Shown in pieces: positions 62,251 through 64,000 of a stretch of 64,000 bases of DNA (its first letter is position 1; every line of letters begins with the position of its first letter). This stretch comes from Felis catus (lineage: Eukaryota). The notes under the pieces are model-generated. The model saw only the letters and a list, made by a program, of their open reading frames with translations. It was not told where the DNA came from and made no database searches. The stretch lies in contig NC_058383.1 of the NCBI RefSeq assembly GCF_018350175.1, positions 14,200,001 to 14,264,000 on the forward strand, read 5' to 3'. The position numbers and the translations under genes are program-made.

Positions 62251-64000
62251 AAAAATGATTTAGGCCACAGGAAAATGACATACAACAGAAGGACCCGTAT
62301 GGATACCGAACGTTATATTGTAGTGGCAGTCGTAGCTGTGTGGAGGGGAATTCGTGACAAGGGGACAGCAGGAAGGAAGCTAGGCGCCACATGAACTTGA
62401 ATAGCGTTATGTGTTCGGTTCCACACATTTGCCAGAAACGGAACTGGAATCCGCGCTGGTGCTTTCGACGAAGAGATGTCATCCAGGTGGCTCAGCTCGT
62501 CTCCGGGATAAAGCGGATCAGGGGCAGCACACCCAAGCCTGGTGCCGAGACCCTAAAGAGAGTTCCCGGAAGTGGGCTGACCCCGAGTCCTATCACGGTG
62601 TCCTCAAGGGCACGTGAGGCAAATTGTGCCTTATTGCGTTTGTTTGCAAATCCCGGAAGAGCTGGTGGTGTCAGAGACCACGAAGACATTTACCGTCTAC
62701 CTAACAGGAATCCTGGAAGTCCAAGGTCCCAGGCTCTTTAGGAGCTCTGAGGTGTCAGGTGCGTGGTTCTAGTCCCGATCGCTCGCACTGCTGGCTTCGT
62801 GGTTGATCCAGATGTCATGTCCTGAGGGTGGGCATCTCAAGCGGAGTCAAAGGGCTTTCCTTTCTATCAGAGAGGAGTGGTTGCTCTTTAGGGGTCTCTC
62901 CCCTATATTGGCCAGAGCAAGGTCACGTGACACCCCTGAGCAGCAGAAGGGCTGGAGAAGCGTCCAGCAGTGGGGCGCGATGGGCTTACGCCACCTTGAT
63001 CATTGTGGGGCTGGGCCGATTGCCACCCGGTCAAGGTTCTGTTAGCAAGGAAGGAGGTGCGAGCGGAGGAGAAAGGGTTTGGGAAGACAGCTCAGAGGGA
63101 CGGCCTCAGTAGGCCCCTAACACACCAGTCCCGTAGACCCCCGTTTTCTAGGAGGCAAACCCAGTGTGCAGCTCAGCGTTGATTAGATTTATTCCCAAAA
63201 TAACTCTCGAGTCTTCAGAGGGATGGCCGCCCTGTATTTCATTTCGGAAAGCCTCTCTGTGGATGTTATTTTATTGCTACTGACCTTCTCTGTAACCCGA
63301 GCAGCAGGGAGCTTGAAAGTGAAGCTTCCTGACAATATCCGGAGTGAGGGTTTGCTGTTTGGCCAGTTAACTCTGTGTTGTGTCCGTCAGCCGAGATGGG
63401 AATAGGGGACCACATGCCCTCGGCAAAGTTGACGAACCCAATGAGGATGCCTGGTTCCCAAAGGTGTGCGGTGTATGTAGGCTTGGCAAAGACTCATGTG
63501 GCTCAGGCCTTCCAGCTAAGCCACGCTGGGGTGGGGTTCACTGGTGATCCCACCAGATGAGGAAGCTTCTTATGGCTGGAGATAGCCTGAGGGTCAAGCC
63601 CCTCCGCAGGGAGTGAGCCAAGGGTGTGCTACTGGAGACGATGAAAAGGCACAGTCAGAAAAATGCTGCTCTAAGGAACCTGTTGGGAGGGGAGGAGGAG
63701 GGGAGTTTCTCCCTTGGCTTGGATCCTACATGGCGAACCAGTGGGGGACACGTATCAGGAGAGAACCGAAGACCGTTCATCGGAGGTACTACAGTTAAAT
63801 GACTTAGCTCTGAAAATAGATTTGATCATCCATCAGGCTTGAAAACCCCATAGAAAAGCGAATGTGCTCTTTGGGGGTTGGGGGATAGACTAGAGGTTGT
63901 GGAAGCCCAGTTACAGGCTCTCCCCTAAGCCCCAAGGATTTCACGAGAGCGCAGGAAGAGTGAATGGCCCACCTCTGGTCCAGGTTTCCATATCCTTGGT

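Noticed and set aside
1..64000. CRISPR arrays, operons or a named host gene
   Set aside because: Mammalian repeat-rich DNA with no repeat-spacer periodicity; no exon recognised, so no gene symbol can be supported

Overview
This window is non-coding felid (cat-family) genomic DNA, not prokaryotic. It carries about 30 carnivore tRNA-derived SINEs; several match the young feline type (head GGGGCGCCTGGGTGGCGCAGTCGGTTAAGCGTCCGACTTCAGCCAGG) and have intact TSDs. Around them lie old eutherian repeats: L1M, L2, MIR, MLT1/MLT2/LTR16 LTRs and hAT DNA transposons. I found no recognisable exon, RNA gene or CRISPR array, so the window is most likely a large intron or gene desert, and I see no evidence for a novel biological system. 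The best signals are: (1) a nearly full-length fossil Charlie-type hAT transposase (14.1-16.4 kb); (2) a composite MLT2-MIR-MLT1 block duplicated 19 kb apart (37.2 and 56.2 kb); (3) a 58-bp inverted templated insertion plus a fold-back hairpin, copied from a GAT minisatellite 1.3 kb away; (4) a TSD-mediated tandem SINE duplication; (5) compound SINEs under a single TSD; (6) short palindromes and enhancer-like AT-rich islands. Repeat subfamily names come from recalled consensus motifs, old-repeat boundaries are approximate, and identities were counted by eye.
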